64,000 nucleotides of DNA, taken from positions 400,824-464,823 of the forward strand of contig CP064979.1 in the NCBI GenBank assembly GCA_016699575.1. The letters are read 5' to 3'. The stretch is from Flavobacteriales bacterium. GTDB taxonomy: Bacteria > Bacteroidota > Bacteroidia > Flavobacteriales_F > PHOS-HE28. The notes below the pieces were generated by a model, which was given only the letters and a program-made list of their open reading frames with translations, did no database searches and was not told the DNA's origin. Positions 27,365 through 37,572 of this stretch are shown in pieces. Position 1 is the stretch's first letter, and every line of letters begins with the position of its first letter. The translations under genes were made by a program, and so were the position numbers.

Positions 27365-29416
27365 ATGCCGCCACGCCTACCCTTCCGCTCTCTTCTGTTG
27401 GCCGCGTGCGTTGCGATGGGCGCAACCACGGTGCACGCGCAGGAGGACACCACCGCTTCCTTCAAGTTCAGGCCCACGTTCAGTGTGGGGGCCGGGATGT
27501 TCTCCTTCTTCGGGGACATCGGGGGCAACCACGATGGCTACAGCCCATTGGTAACCCGTCTTGCGTATGAACTGCGAGCCAGCACGGCACTGACCCCTTG
27601 GCTTGAGGGCGGGTTGTTCGCTGTGCACGGCCGCCTCGGCGCCAACGAGCGCAGCCTTTCCCGGAACCTGAACTTCGAGAGCCGTGTGACCATGGGCGGC
27701 CTCATGCTCACGTACAACTTCAAACACCTGGTGAAGCCGACAGCCAAGGTGACGCCCTATCTGAGCGTAGGCTTCGAGAGCTTGGAATTCCTGAGCAAGA
27801 CCGATAGGATGGACCGCGAGGGCCGGGTGTACCACTACTGGAGCGATGGCACTATCCGCGACATCGACGAACAAGCCTCCAACGCTTCGGATGCCGTTGT
27901 GATCCAGCGCGACTACGACCATGAGAGCGATATCCGCGAACTTGACATGGACGGGTTCGGGCAGTACACCGAACGCACGTGGGCCGTTCCTGTTGGTTTC
28001 GGAGCGCGCATGGACCTTGGCTCGGGACTCGACCTCCGCTTGGGTGCACAGATCCATTGGACCTTCACCGACCTTATTGACGGTGTTACGGACGAGAGCG
28101 TGGAGGGCCGCACGGGCGACTCGCGCAACGACCGTATCCTCTACAGCAACTTCACCATCGGCTATGCCATACCGCTGGAGCGCAAGAAGCGCACGAGCAG
28201 CAAGGGCGGCATCGACATCTCGCCGGAGGACATGCAAGCGTTCGTTGCCGATGCGGACCAGGACGGCGATGGCGTGAACGATTTCAAGGACCTCTGCCCG
28301 GGCACGCCCGCTGGCACCAAGGTGGACCAGAACGGCTGCCCGCTCGATTCCGACCTGGACGGCGTGCCCGACCACCTCGATCTGGAAGCCGGCACCACCG
28401 CCGGTGCCCCGGTGGACGCGAACGGGGTGGCCATTACCGATGACGCCTTCCTGAAAAGCTGGCTGAACTTCAAAGACAGCGGCAACGTGAACATCGTGAC
28501 AAGCCGGGTGGAGAGCGTCGGCCCTCGCCGCAGCACCCCGCAGCCCAAGCAGCGCGTGTATGTGGTGCAGGTGGGCAGTGAAGTTGAAGGCATCACTGAA
28601 GCCCAAATGCAGCAACTGCTCAGCATCCCCGATCTGCGCACGGTGGAGCACGGCGATACCATCAGTTTCGTGGTGGGCGGCTACGATGCGCTGCCCGAGG
28701 CCATCCGCCGCCAGATGCAACTGAAGAACGCCGGAGTGAACGGCAAGGTGGTGGCGCAGGACGGCGATGCGCTGGTGAACATCGACGACCAGGTAGCAGC
28801 GGCCACGGCAGGTGTTGGATCGCCTGAGGCCACCACGTCCGGTCCTGCGATCGTACGCGTGCAGTTGGGCGCGTTCAAACAAAAGCTGAGCAAGGACATT
28901 TTCGCTGGCATCGAAGACCTGGTGGTGCTGAAAGGCGATGATGGATTGACGCGCTACTACACCGGAACATTCTCCGATGTGAACCCCGCCGCGGCGCTCA
29001 AAGTGGACATGCTGACGCGCGGGTTCGAGGGTGCTTTCCTCGTGGCGTTCAAGGACGGCAAGCGGGTCTCGTTGAAAGAGGCGGGGGCCAAGCTCACGGA
29101 ACCGGAAGACCTGTCGGCCATGCCCAAAGGAGCCATCAACAAGGAAATGCTGCGGTACCGTGTGCAGCTCGGCACATTCGCAGGCAACGTGCCCAGTGAT
29201 GTGATGAGCAAGTACATCGAGATGGGCAACGTGGAACCCGTGACAAGTCCGGACGCAGTGCGTTACTACTACGGCTCGTTCAAGTCGCGTGCGGAGGCCG
29301 ATGATGCGCTGAAAGCCATCAAGGAGAAAGGGCTTGCGGATGCGTTCCTGGTAGGCGCTGTTGGCAACCGACTGGTGAGCGCGGAGGACGTGGACCGGTT
29401 GTTCGCTGAGCCCTGA
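27365..29416 (+). CDS. outer-membrane protein with thrombospondin type-3 calcium-binding repeats and three C-terminal SPOR-like domains
   Basis: Signal peptide. N-terminal beta-barrel-like region. DADQDGDGVNDFKDLCPGTPAG...DSDLDGVPD TSP3 repeats. VRVQLGAFK..., YRVQLGTFAG..., YVVQVGSE... SPOR-type repeats. Confidence 0.6.
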   Translation: MPPRLPFRSLLLAACVAMGATTVHAQEDTTASFKFRPTFSVGAGMFSFFGDIGGNHDGYSPLVTRLAYELRASTALTPWLEGGLFAVHGRLGANERSLSRNLNFESRVTMGGLMLTYNFKHLVKPTAKVTPYLSVGFESLEFLSKTDRMDREGRVYHYWSDGTIRDIDEQASNASDAVVIQRDYDHESDIRELDMDGFGQYTERTWAVPVGFGARMDLGSGLDLRLGAQIHWTFTDLIDGVTDESVEGRTGDSRNDRILYSNFTIGYAIPLERKKRTSSKGGIDISPEDMQAFVADADQDGDGVNDFKDLCPGTPAGTKVDQNGCPLDSDLDGVPDHLDLEAGTTAGAPVDANGVAITDDAFLKSWLNFKDSGNVNIVTSRVESVGPRRSTPQPKQRVYVVQVGSEVEGITEAQMQQLLSIPDLRTVEHGDTISFVVGGYDALPEAIRRQMQLKNAGVNGKVVAQDGDALVNIDDQVAAATAGVGSPEATTSGPAIVRVQLGAFKQKLSKDIFAGIEDLVVLKGDDGLTRYYTGTFSDVNPAAALKVDMLTRGFEGAFLVAFKDGKRVSLKEAGAKLTEPEDLSAMPKGAINKEMLRYRVQLGTFAGNVPSDVMSKYIEMGNVEPVTSPDAVRYYYGSFKSRAEADDALKAIKEKGLADAFLVGAVGNRLVSAEDVDRLFAEP

Positions 29417-29430
29417 GGCGACCGCCTCAA

Positions 29431-29465
29431 CGAAGAAGGGCGGCCCATGGAGCCGCCCTTCTTCG
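29431..29465. terminator. bidirectional intrinsic terminator between convergent genes
   Basis: Perfect 13 bp stem CGAAGAAGGGCGG/CCGCCCTTCTTCG with an 8 nt loop. Confidence 0.6.
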
Positions 29466-29476
29466 TTCCGCGCATG

Positions 29477-31135
29477 CTAACGCTGGACCACTACAGGCTG
29501 GACGGCCTGAACGACCCCATCGCTCCGCAGTTCAACAAGGTAGGCTCCGTCGGCCAGGTCGCTCACATCAACGCTCACCGGCCCACGGGAAGACACGGCA
29601 CGAAGCTTCAGCAGGCGGCCCGACATGTCGATCAGACGGACCTCATCAAGCTCTACGACGCCTTGCACCGTGATGTTGATGAGATCGTGTGCCGGGTTGG
29701 GGTAGAGCAGAAAAAGCCCAGCTCCGGCATTCTCCTCCACACTGTAGATGCCGCACGGGTTGTAGGTCCCGTCCAAGGTGGTGGCGCCGCTGTTCGTGGG
29801 ATCGAGCCAAACGTGCAGTTCTTCGTTGGCCGGGTTGGGGTTCTGAGCACCCCAGTGATAGCTCATCTTGCCGAAATAGTCCTGCACCGTTGGGCCTGTG
29901 CCATTGCCACAACCGTTCACCGTGCAACAAGACCCGCCACCGGTGAGCGTGCCGACGATGCGGTGGTTCTGGTTGAAAATGGGTGATCCGCTGCTACCGC
30001 CCTCGGTTACGCCCCAACCGTTCGTTGTCGCCACCCAGGTCACCCGCCAATGTGCCCCGCTCGCGTTCCACCACGTACCACTGAGCAGATTGCTGGAATA
30101 GGTGCTGATCTTCTTCTCGTCACCGGCGGGATGGTGTACGCACACCCCGGCGGTGCTCGTGCCTCCGGACGCGTCCCACCCGTTGAAGTACGGAAAGAAG
30201 TTGGCGGGTACCTGGTTATTGGCTTCCACGAGAAGGAAATCACTGCCGTTCGTGGCCCCCCCACAGTTGCTGTCGGCGCGCCGGGCACAACCTGTCATCA
30301 CCTTGTTGGCCAGCGCAACCCCGGTTCCGCAGCCACTGCGTTGGTAGCGGAAGTAGAACTTGTAGTTGTTGAAGTTCGCATCTGTGCTGTTCAAGCCGCA
30401 GTGCAGCGCCGTTAGGAAAAATGGTTTGCAATCCAGAGCAGTGTTGTTGACCAGTGATCCGCTGCACCAGCCGAGACCACCGGGTTCCACAACGCTGATC
30501 CGCACAACACCGTCCCGCTCCTGTTCCCATGCATTGCCCTCGGGGCACTCCACATCCACTTCGCAAGCATCGGCCTTGGCCGCGCCAACGAACCTGTAGG
30601 CATGCCCAACGCCGGTGATCACGAAATGCCCCTGACCGGTCACAACAGCAGGCTCGTAGTACTCGACGATGGAGCGCGGCCCCATGATCTGCGCGGTGGT
30701 GAACTGCCCGCTCGAATGGTTGTTGTACGAGGTGAACCCGCCCAACAGCTCTTCCGTCGTGGGTGAGTAAACGTGCAAAACCGCTCCCGCGGGAAGCGCA
30801 AAATCCTCGAAGAAGAGTTCCGTGGCCAAGGCACCGGGGCTCTCAATGGCAGTTCGCCAAACGCGATCACCGTTGGGCAATGGGGTCCATTGGCCATCGG
30901 TCAGCGGGGCGATGGAAACCGGCAAGATCCGCCCGTAGAGCGGCAGACTTCCTTCCGCAGCGCGCTGGTCGTCTTCAATGGCTACTTGAGCGGCATCCAG
31001 CCCCACGGTGCCAAGAAGAGGCACATTGTTGAAGGACCAACCATGGCGCTTCGAAAATGGCGTTCCACCAACGCTCTCTTGGCCAATGGCCGCAGTAACC
31101 AAAACGACAAGGAGTACTGTAACAAGGCATCGCAT
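29477..31135 (-). CDS. S1-family (trypsin-like) serine endopeptidase with a T9SS C-terminal sorting domain
   Basis: Catalytic-triad contexts TALHCG (His) and GGSSGSPIF (Ser). C-terminal YPNPAHDLINITV...YLVELRSDGVVQAVQPVVVQR Por secretion tail. Signal peptide MRCLVTVLLVVLV (start is approximate). Confidence 0.7.
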   Translation of the reverse strand: MRCLVTVLLVVLVTAAIGQESVGGTPFSKRHGWSFNNVPLLGTVGLDAAQVAIEDDQRAAEGSLPLYGRILPVSIAPLTDGQWTPLPNGDRVWRTAIESPGALATELFFEDFALPAGAVLHVYSPTTEELLGGFTSYNNHSSGQFTTAQIMGPRSIVEYYEPAVVTGQGHFVITGVGHAYRFVGAAKADACEVDVECPEGNAWEQERDGVVRISVVEPGGLGWCSGSLVNNTALDCKPFFLTALHCGLNSTDANFNNYKFYFRYQRSGCGTGVALANKVMTGCARRADSNCGGATNGSDFLLVEANNQVPANFFPYFNGWDASGGTSTAGVCVHHPAGDEKKISTYSSNLLSGTWWNASGAHWRVTWVATTNGWGVTEGGSSGSPIFNQNHRIVGTLTGGGSCCTVNGCGNGTGPTVQDYFGKMSYHWGAQNPNPANEELHVWLDPTNSGATTLDGTYNPCGIYSVEENAGAGLFLLYPNPAHDLINITVQGVVELDEVRLIDMSGRLLKLRAVSSRGPVSVDVSDLADGAYLVELRSDGVVQAVQPVVVQR

Positions 31136-31182
31136 AGTGACCGGGGTTTGCATCGGCGCTAATGTAGAAGGGCTCAACATGG

Positions 31183-34100
31183 TTGTCAGGCGACCTGCGC
31201 GCCCTTTCTTCGCAGCCCATGCCCACCACGTCCTCCCGGCTCCACGCCGTGTTGCGCCGCTACCGTTGGTGGGTGTTCGTCCTTGCCATGGGTTGGACAG
31301 GGACGGCGGGGTGGATAGCCAGCAGCCTGAAGCTGGAGGAAGACCTCTTCCAAGCGCTGCCGCGGGACAAAACCATGGAGCGCTACCGGGCGCTGCTGGA
31401 GTCCTCGGGCAATGCCGATCGCATCGCCATCGGGTTCACCGCCGATTCGTTGCAGTTGGACAGCGCCTTCGCTGCAGCCGACCGATTTGAGGCATCTGTT
31501 TCGGATGCAGAACTGCCTGTGGTGGTCTCGTCCGGCCCGGACCTCGGCCAGGTGGATGCGCTCATCGACGGCCTACTGGCGCGCCTGCCCGCCATGGCGG
31601 ATAGTGCAGCTGTGGAGCGGTTCGCAGCCAGTGACAGCGCCGCCTTGAACGCCATCCTGGCGAAGGCATTGGAGCATCTCTCCTCCCCTTCCGGCATGCT
31701 TTCGGAACCGCTGGTCTTGGGCGACCCGGCCGGTCTGCTCGGAGAAAAGCTGAGCGTTCTCAAGAGCCTTGGTGGCATGGGCGGCCTCACCGTGGTCGAC
31801 GGCCGCTTCGTTGCGCGGGACAACCGCACGGTGTTCGTGCTGGTAGCACCGGACAGTGCTGTGCGGGGCACGCCTGCCGAACGCGCGCTCGTAAACACAC
31901 TCGATTCGTTGAGCGCCGCGGAAAAGGGAGCCACGCAGCCGAGCATGTTCGGAGCACTTCCGGTGAGCATGCGCAACGCAGAGCGCATTGCCGCCGATAG
32001 CCGCAGCACCACGCTCATCTCGCTGGTGCTGGCCCTGGTGCTCGTCGTCTGGTACTTCCGCAGGGCAACTGCGCCGTTGCTCATCCTGCTTCCACCTGCG
32101 TTCGGAGCGGTGAACGCGCTCGCAGGCATGGCGTTGATCCAGGGATCGGTGAGCGCCATCTCCTTGGGTGCCGGTGCGGCGCTGCTCGGAATCGCAATGG
32201 CCTACGGCTTCCACTTCCTGACGCACCTGCGGCACAACGGCAGCGTGGTTAAGGCACTGGAAGAAACGGCAGGTCCGCTCCTCCTCGGCTGCTTCACCAC
32301 CGTGCTGGCGTTCCTTGGCCTGCGCCTGCTCGACAGCCAGTTGCTGAAGGACCTCGGCCTGCTGAGCGCTCTGATGCTGGGGAGCACGGCGCTGTTCGTT
32401 CTGATCGTGCTGCCGTTGATGGTGAAGGACCGCCCGCCGATCCGGCCTAACGATCAACATGCAGCAACGAACAGTGCGTTCGCCAAGGTGCGCAAATGGG
32501 CCATCGTTCCCGTGCTCGTCATCACGGCCATCCTGCTGCCGTGGGCCGATGAAGCCACCTTCGATGATGAGCCTGAGCACCTGGGTTGGATGCCGCCGGA
32601 CATGCGCCGAGCGAACGACCTGCTCTTCGGGAGTGAGCGCGATACACGTACCGTGTTCATCGTTGCTGAAGGCGCCAACGAGGAAGAAGCACGGGCCGCG
32701 TTGGAGCGCGCCGGCAACGCACTGCGCAAGGGTTCACCGGCCATTGCCCAGAACCTCTTCCTCCCCACGGACCTGCAACCGTCCAACGCAACCGTGAAGA
32801 AGAAGCTGGACCACTGGATGTCCCGTTTCGGCAACGCACGCGGCTTGCCGTTGTCCAAACGATTGGAAGAGGCTGCGGAACGACAGGGCTTCACACCAGC
32901 GGCGTTCCATGGCTTTACGCACTGGCTGAACGGGATGCCCAACACCGCCGCCTTGTGGGAACCCATGCCGATCCCTGATGGCCTGCCCGGTGCGACCCCC
33001 GTCGTTGAGAAAGACGGTACCGCGCTGGTGAGCGGATTGCTGCGGTGCGGACCGAGAGAACTGGCCGAGGTGAACGCAACACTGGCTGCGCTCAACCGCA
33101 CGGGAACCGCCAAGGTTGAAGCACTGGACCGCAGCATCATGGGCGAGCGCATGAAGGCCATTGCCCAACGCGACCTTGGAAAAACACTGCTGTTCACCTC
33201 GGTGCTGGTGTTCATCACCTTGCTGATCTCATACGGGCGCATCGAACTCGCGCTCATCACCTTCCTGCCCATGGCCCTGGGCTGGGTATGGATCCTGGGC
33301 ATCTGCGGGCTCTTCGGCATCCCGTTCAACATGGTGAACATCCTGATCTGCACGTTCATCTTCGGGCTGGGCGACGACTACTGCATCTTCACCAGCGACG
33401 GTGTGCTGGAGCGCTACAAGACGGGCAAGGACCATACGCGCGCCAATCGCGATGCCGTCATCCTCACCGGCATCACCACCTTGCTCGGCACCGGCGCGTT
33501 GCTTTTCGCGGAGCACCCGGCCCTGCGTTCCATCGCCACGCTTTCCGTGGTTGGCATGCTCTGTATCCTGGTGATCGCGCTCACCGTGCAGCCGTGGCTA
33601 TACCGCACGTTCATCACCGGTCGCGCCGCGAAGGGCCGATACCCGTTCACTGCGAAGAGCCTGTTCGTTTCGGTGTTCGCCTTCCTCTACTTTCTGTTCG
33701 GCTGCATCCTGCTGGTGGGCCTGTTCCCGGTGCTGCGCATCATGCCGTTCAAATTGATGGCGAAGCGCAAGTTCTACGGTCGCATCATCATGCTCTTCAC
33801 CCGCAGCCTCGTTTACATCATGATGAACGTGAGGAAGGACATCCGTTCGTTCCGCGCGCAGGTGGAGGAACGGCCGAGCATCGTTGTTGCCAACCACGCG
33901 GGCTTCATCGACATCCTGGTGATGCTGATGGTGCACCCGCGCATGCTGATGATGACCAACCGCTGGGTGTGGAACTCGCCCTTCTTCGGTGCTGTGGTAC
34001 GCTTCATGGGCTTCCTGCGCAGCGAAGACACCACCGACGAGAACGTGAAGAACGCGGCCCAGGCCCTGAAGGACGGATTCTCCATCACCGTCTTCCCGGA

Positions 34101-35073
34101 GGGCACACGCAGCGTAACGGGCAAGCTCAACCGCTTCCACAAGGGTTCGTTCTGGCTGGCCGAGGAACTGCAGGCGCCGATGGTGCCCGTGGTTCTGCAC
34201 GGGGTGGGCCACGCGATGCAGAAAGGCGACTGGCTGCTGAAGGACGCCAGCATGGCCATGCGCGCACAGCCGACAATCGAGTGGAACGACGCGCGCTACG
34301 GCAAGGGCCACCGCGAGCGCACCAAGGCCATCAGCGCGGAGTTCAAGGCGGCGTACAACGAATTGCGGATCGAACGCGAAACGCCATGCTATTGGCGCGA
34401 GAAGCTCATCCGCACCTTCCTCTTCAAAGGCCCGGTGCTGGAATGGTACGTGCGCATCAAGAGCCGCATCGACACCGACCTGCACGAGCGGATCCACGCG
34501 CTGGTGCCGTGCGAGGCCAGCGTGGTGGACCTGGGCTGCGGATACGGCATGCTCGGCTACCTGCTGCACTGGAGCAGCGAAGACCGAAGGATCCTGGGCG
34601 TGGACCACGATGCTGCGAAAGTCGATGTGGCGCAGAACGGCTTCTCGCGTGGCGAAGCCCTGCAGTTCGTTCAAGCCGACCTGAGCTCGTTCATCCCACC
34701 GGCCGCTGATGCGTTCATCCTGAAGGACGTGCTCCACTACATGCCCAAGGAAGAACAGGCGGTTCTCCTGAAGCGGTGCAGCGGTGCACTGAACGCCGGC
34801 GGCATGATCCTCGTCCGCGACGGGTTCGCCGATGACGACAGCGCCCACGCCCGGACACGCACCACGGAACTCTTCTCCACACGACTGTTCGGCTTCAACA
34901 AAACGAAGGGGGCGCTGCATTTCCTTCGGCGCGCCGAACTGGAGACCATGGCCGCAGCGAACGGGCTTGTGTGCGAATGGACCGGTGACAGTGACGTGAC
35001 ATCCAACGAACTTGTGATCTTGCGACCCCATCCCCAACCCTTCCCCGGTGGAGAAGGGAGCTTGCGAACATGA
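31183..35073 (+). CDS. tripartite fusion protein: MMPL/RND-like exporter (two TM bundles) + lysophospholipid (PlsC-like) acyltransferase + class I SAM-dependent methyltransferase
   Basis: Residues about 1-800 carry two clusters of about 6 TM helices separated by large soluble loops (MMPL architecture). About 860-1050 carry the HX4D motif ANHAGFID and FPEGTRS. About 1110-1296 carry methyltransferase motif I VVDLGCGYGMLG. It is one uninterrupted 1296-codon frame. Confidence 0.7.
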   Translation: MSGDLRALSSQPMPTTSSRLHAVLRRYRWWVFVLAMGWTGTAGWIASSLKLEEDLFQALPRDKTMERYRALLESSGNADRIAIGFTADSLQLDSAFAAADRFEASVSDAELPVVVSSGPDLGQVDALIDGLLARLPAMADSAAVERFAASDSAALNAILAKALEHLSSPSGMLSEPLVLGDPAGLLGEKLSVLKSLGGMGGLTVVDGRFVARDNRTVFVLVAPDSAVRGTPAERALVNTLDSLSAAEKGATQPSMFGALPVSMRNAERIAADSRSTTLISLVLALVLVVWYFRRATAPLLILLPPAFGAVNALAGMALIQGSVSAISLGAGAALLGIAMAYGFHFLTHLRHNGSVVKALEETAGPLLLGCFTTVLAFLGLRLLDSQLLKDLGLLSALMLGSTALFVLIVLPLMVKDRPPIRPNDQHAATNSAFAKVRKWAIVPVLVITAILLPWADEATFDDEPEHLGWMPPDMRRANDLLFGSERDTRTVFIVAEGANEEEARAALERAGNALRKGSPAIAQNLFLPTDLQPSNATVKKKLDHWMSRFGNARGLPLSKRLEEAAERQGFTPAAFHGFTHWLNGMPNTAALWEPMPIPDGLPGATPVVEKDGTALVSGLLRCGPRELAEVNATLAALNRTGTAKVEALDRSIMGERMKAIAQRDLGKTLLFTSVLVFITLLISYGRIELALITFLPMALGWVWILGICGLFGIPFNMVNILICTFIFGLGDDYCIFTSDGVLERYKTGKDHTRANRDAVILTGITTLLGTGALLFAEHPALRSIATLSVVGMLCILVIALTVQPWLYRTFITGRAAKGRYPFTAKSLFVSVFAFLYFLFGCILLVGLFPVLRIMPFKLMAKRKFYGRIIMLFTRSLVYIMMNVRKDIRSFRAQVEERPSIVVANHAGFIDILVMLMVHPRMLMMTNRWVWNSPFFGAVVRFMGFLRSEDTTDENVKNAAQALKDGFSITVFPEGTRSVTGKLNRFHKGSFWLAEELQAPMVPVVLHGVGHAMQKGDWLLKDASMAMRAQPTIEWNDARYGKGHRERTKAISAEFKAAYNELRIERETPCYWREKLIRTFLFKGPVLEWYVRIKSRIDTDLHERIHALVPCEASVVDLGCGYGMLGYLLHWSSEDRRILGVDHDAAKVDVAQNGFSRGEALQFVQADLSSFIPPAADAFILKDVLHYMPKEEQAVLLKRCSGALNAGGMILVRDGFADDDSAHARTRTTELFSTRLFGFNKTKGALHFLRRAELETMAAANGLVCEWTGDSDVTSNELVILRPHPQPFPGGEGSLRT

Positions 35074-36590
35074 ACGATCGGAAATTCGATGTGGTAGTGA
35101 TAGGCGCAGGCCTTGGCGGACTGGAGGTGGCCTACACCCTGGCCAACGAGGGCATGAGCGTGTGCGTGCTGGAGAAGAACCAGCAGTTAGGCGGCAGCCT
35201 TCAGGTCTTCAGCCGCGAGAAGACCATCTTCGATACGGGCGTGCATTACATCGGTGGCCTGCTGCCCGGCCAGAACCTGCACCGCTACCTCAGCTTCTTC
35301 GGCATCATGGACAAGCTGAAGCTGCAGCGGATGGACATGGACGGGTACGACCTGTGCAGCATGGAGGGCGACCCCAACGAGTACCCGCACGCGCAGGGCT
35401 ACGACAACTTCATCCGCCGCTTGGTGGAGTACTTCCCGGCCGAGAAAGCCGGTATCACGCGCTACACCGAGGAGATCAAACGGATGTGCGGCAAGTTCCC
35501 GCTGTACAACCTGGAGGACACCGACACGCAGGAATGGAAGGATGATGATCTGGGGCTGAACGCGAAGGACTTCATCGCCACCATGGTGAAGGACCCCACG
35601 TTGCGCAACGTGCTGGGCGGCAGCAGCGCGCTCTATGCCGGCGACGGCCGCTACTCACCGTTCTACGTGCATGCCCTGGTGACGAACACGTATATCGAAA
35701 GCTCGTGGCGTTGCATTGACGGGGGCTCGCAGATCGCCAAGCACCTCACGCACAATGCGCGGGAGAAAGGTGCCACGGTGATCGCGCGCAAAGAGGTTTG
35801 CGGCTTCGACTTCCACGGCAACGACATCAGTGCGGTGCGTACCACCGATGGCGATGTGTTCGAGTGCAAGCAGGTCATCGCGAACATCCATCCGGCCACC
35901 CTACTGGGCATGATCGGCCCGGGCCACATCCGGCCGGCCTACCGCAACCGCCTCACATCATTGCGCAACACACCGGGCAGCTTCACGGTTCACGCCGTGA
36001 TGAAGCCCGGCACCTTCCCCTACCTCAACCACAACTACTACCACATGATCGGCACCGACGTGTGGGATGCGGTGCGTTACGATCGGGTGAACTACCCCAA
36101 CAGCTACATGCTGAGCACGCCCAAGAGCACGCGCGGCGGCGACCATGCCGATGCCATCACCATCATGTGCTACATGGACTACGATGAGGTGGCGCAGTGG
36201 GCTGACAGCCACAACACCATCGTGCGGCCCGGCAAGCGCGGCGATGACTACGAGGCGTTCAAGCGGAAGAAGGAGGAACAGGTGCTGAACGTGGTGGAGC
36301 GCAAATTCCCCGGCATCAAGAGCTGCATCCAGAGCGTGCACAGCAACACGCCCCTCTCCTTCCGCGATTTCATCGGCAGCCCCGACGGCAACATGTACGG
36401 CATCATGAAGGACCACAGCGACCCGCTGCGCACCTTCATCCCGCCGCGCACCAAGATCCCGAACCTCCTGCTCACCGGCCAGAACATAAACCTGCACGGC
36501 ATCCTGGGCGTTACCGTGAGCAGCATCGTCACCGCCAGCGAACTGGTGGGCAAAAGCCACCTGCTGAAGAAAGTACGCGCGGCGAGCTGA
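35070..36590 (+). CDS. NAD(P)/FAD-dependent oxidoreductase, phytoene desaturase (CrtI) family
   Basis: VVVIGAGLGGLEVAYTLANEGMSVCVLE dinucleotide-binding fold. The start overlaps the fusion-protein stop (ATGA). Paralog of the gene at 623-2323. Confidence 0.78.
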   Translation: MNDRKFDVVVIGAGLGGLEVAYTLANEGMSVCVLEKNQQLGGSLQVFSREKTIFDTGVHYIGGLLPGQNLHRYLSFFGIMDKLKLQRMDMDGYDLCSMEGDPNEYPHAQGYDNFIRRLVEYFPAEKAGITRYTEEIKRMCGKFPLYNLEDTDTQEWKDDDLGLNAKDFIATMVKDPTLRNVLGGSSALYAGDGRYSPFYVHALVTNTYIESSWRCIDGGSQIAKHLTHNAREKGATVIARKEVCGFDFHGNDISAVRTTDGDVFECKQVIANIHPATLLGMIGPGHIRPAYRNRLTSLRNTPGSFTVHAVMKPGTFPYLNHNYYHMIGTDVWDAVRYDRVNYPNSYMLSTPKSTRGGDHADAITIMCYMDYDEVAQWADSHNTIVRPGKRGDDYEAFKRKKEEQVLNVVERKFPGIKSCIQSVHSNTPLSFRDFIGSPDGNMYGIMKDHSDPLRTFIPPRTKIPNLLLTGQNINLHGILGVTVSSIVTASELVGKSHLLKKVRAAS

Positions 36591-36593
36591 GCG

Positions 36594-37511
36594 TTACTCC
36601 ACGATGGGGATCAGGCCCCGCACACCCATATCGGTGACCACATCGAAGGCGGGCGCACCGGGCTCGTACAGGCCATCGCCGTTGTCCTGCCACTCGAAGC
36701 TGTTGTTGGTGGAGAGGGAAACCGTGATGACCACGTCCTGCGTCTCAGCTCCGGTGATGACGAGCGGTTGCGCGAATTCCCCGGTGACCACGCACGAGCC
36801 CGCCGGGATCGGTGACGTGGAGGCCAAAGGATTCGGGACGGTGGTGGCACCTGCTGGTGCTTGACCGGTCACGGGGGCGGTGGGCACGATCGGATCGATG
36901 ACCTCGAACGCCCAGAATCCCTGCAGCCTGTCGTCGTTCACCGTTACGGACTGCTGGTGCACCACGAATGAACTGATGTAGGTGTTGTAACCGATGAACG
37001 AAGCCACGGTGCCTTCCAGGTCGTAAGTGCCCGTGCCGAACTGGGTGTCGGTGTAACGGAAGTCGATGTCGTAGTTCTGGTAGGCCAAGGACACGCGCAG
37101 CCATTCGTAGGTGCCAGCATCCAGATCGCTCAACGGCACGCTCAGGAACACCTCTCCGTCGCCCGCCTTCACGCTCTGGTTGAAGTCAATGGCGGTGGCG
37201 CCGCCAGCGCTGGTCTCGGCTGCGTGGTAAACAACAGCACCACTGCCCAAGGCCGTCCAAGCGGTCGGAGCGAACTCGACATAGTGCGCGCTCATCTTGT
37301 TGAAGCGGGGGTTTTGTGCAGCATGGCCCGCCGGAATGGTGCTGGTTTGCCCGAGGTTGTCCAAGCGCACCTGGGTGCTATCGAACTTGAACTTCAGCAC
37401 GAGGTTGGGGCCGCTTGGGCCTGGCGACGGCGCAGGTGCGGGGTCCTCCTCCTTCTTGCAGGAGGTAAGCACGGCCGCTACAGCGAGGGCGGCGAGAAGG
37501 GCAGTACGCAT
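36594..37511 (-). CDS. lipoprotein, hypothetical
   Basis: MRTALLAALAVAAVLTSC lipobox, then a Pro/Ala-rich linker. The longer ORF start at 37802 would run through the MarR promoter region. Confidence 0.5.
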   Translation of the reverse strand: MRTALLAALAVAAVLTSCKKEEDPAPAPSPGPSGPNLVLKFKFDSTQVRLDNLGQTSTIPAGHAAQNPRFNKMSAHYVEFAPTAWTALGSGAVVYHAAETSAGGATAIDFNQSVKAGDGEVFLSVPLSDLDAGTYEWLRVSLAYQNYDIDFRYTDTQFGTGTYDLEGTVASFIGYNTYISSFVVHQQSVTVNDDRLQGFWAFEVIDPIVPTAPVTGQAPAGATTVPNPLASTSPIPAGSCVVTGEFAQPLVITGAETQDVVITVSLSTNNSFEWQDNGDGLYEPGAPAFDVVTDMGVRGLIPIVE

Positions 37512-37572
37512 GGTAGGTGGAAGTCTGGTCCGCAAAGAACGCATGAGCCCTTGAAGAAATTTCCCACCATAG

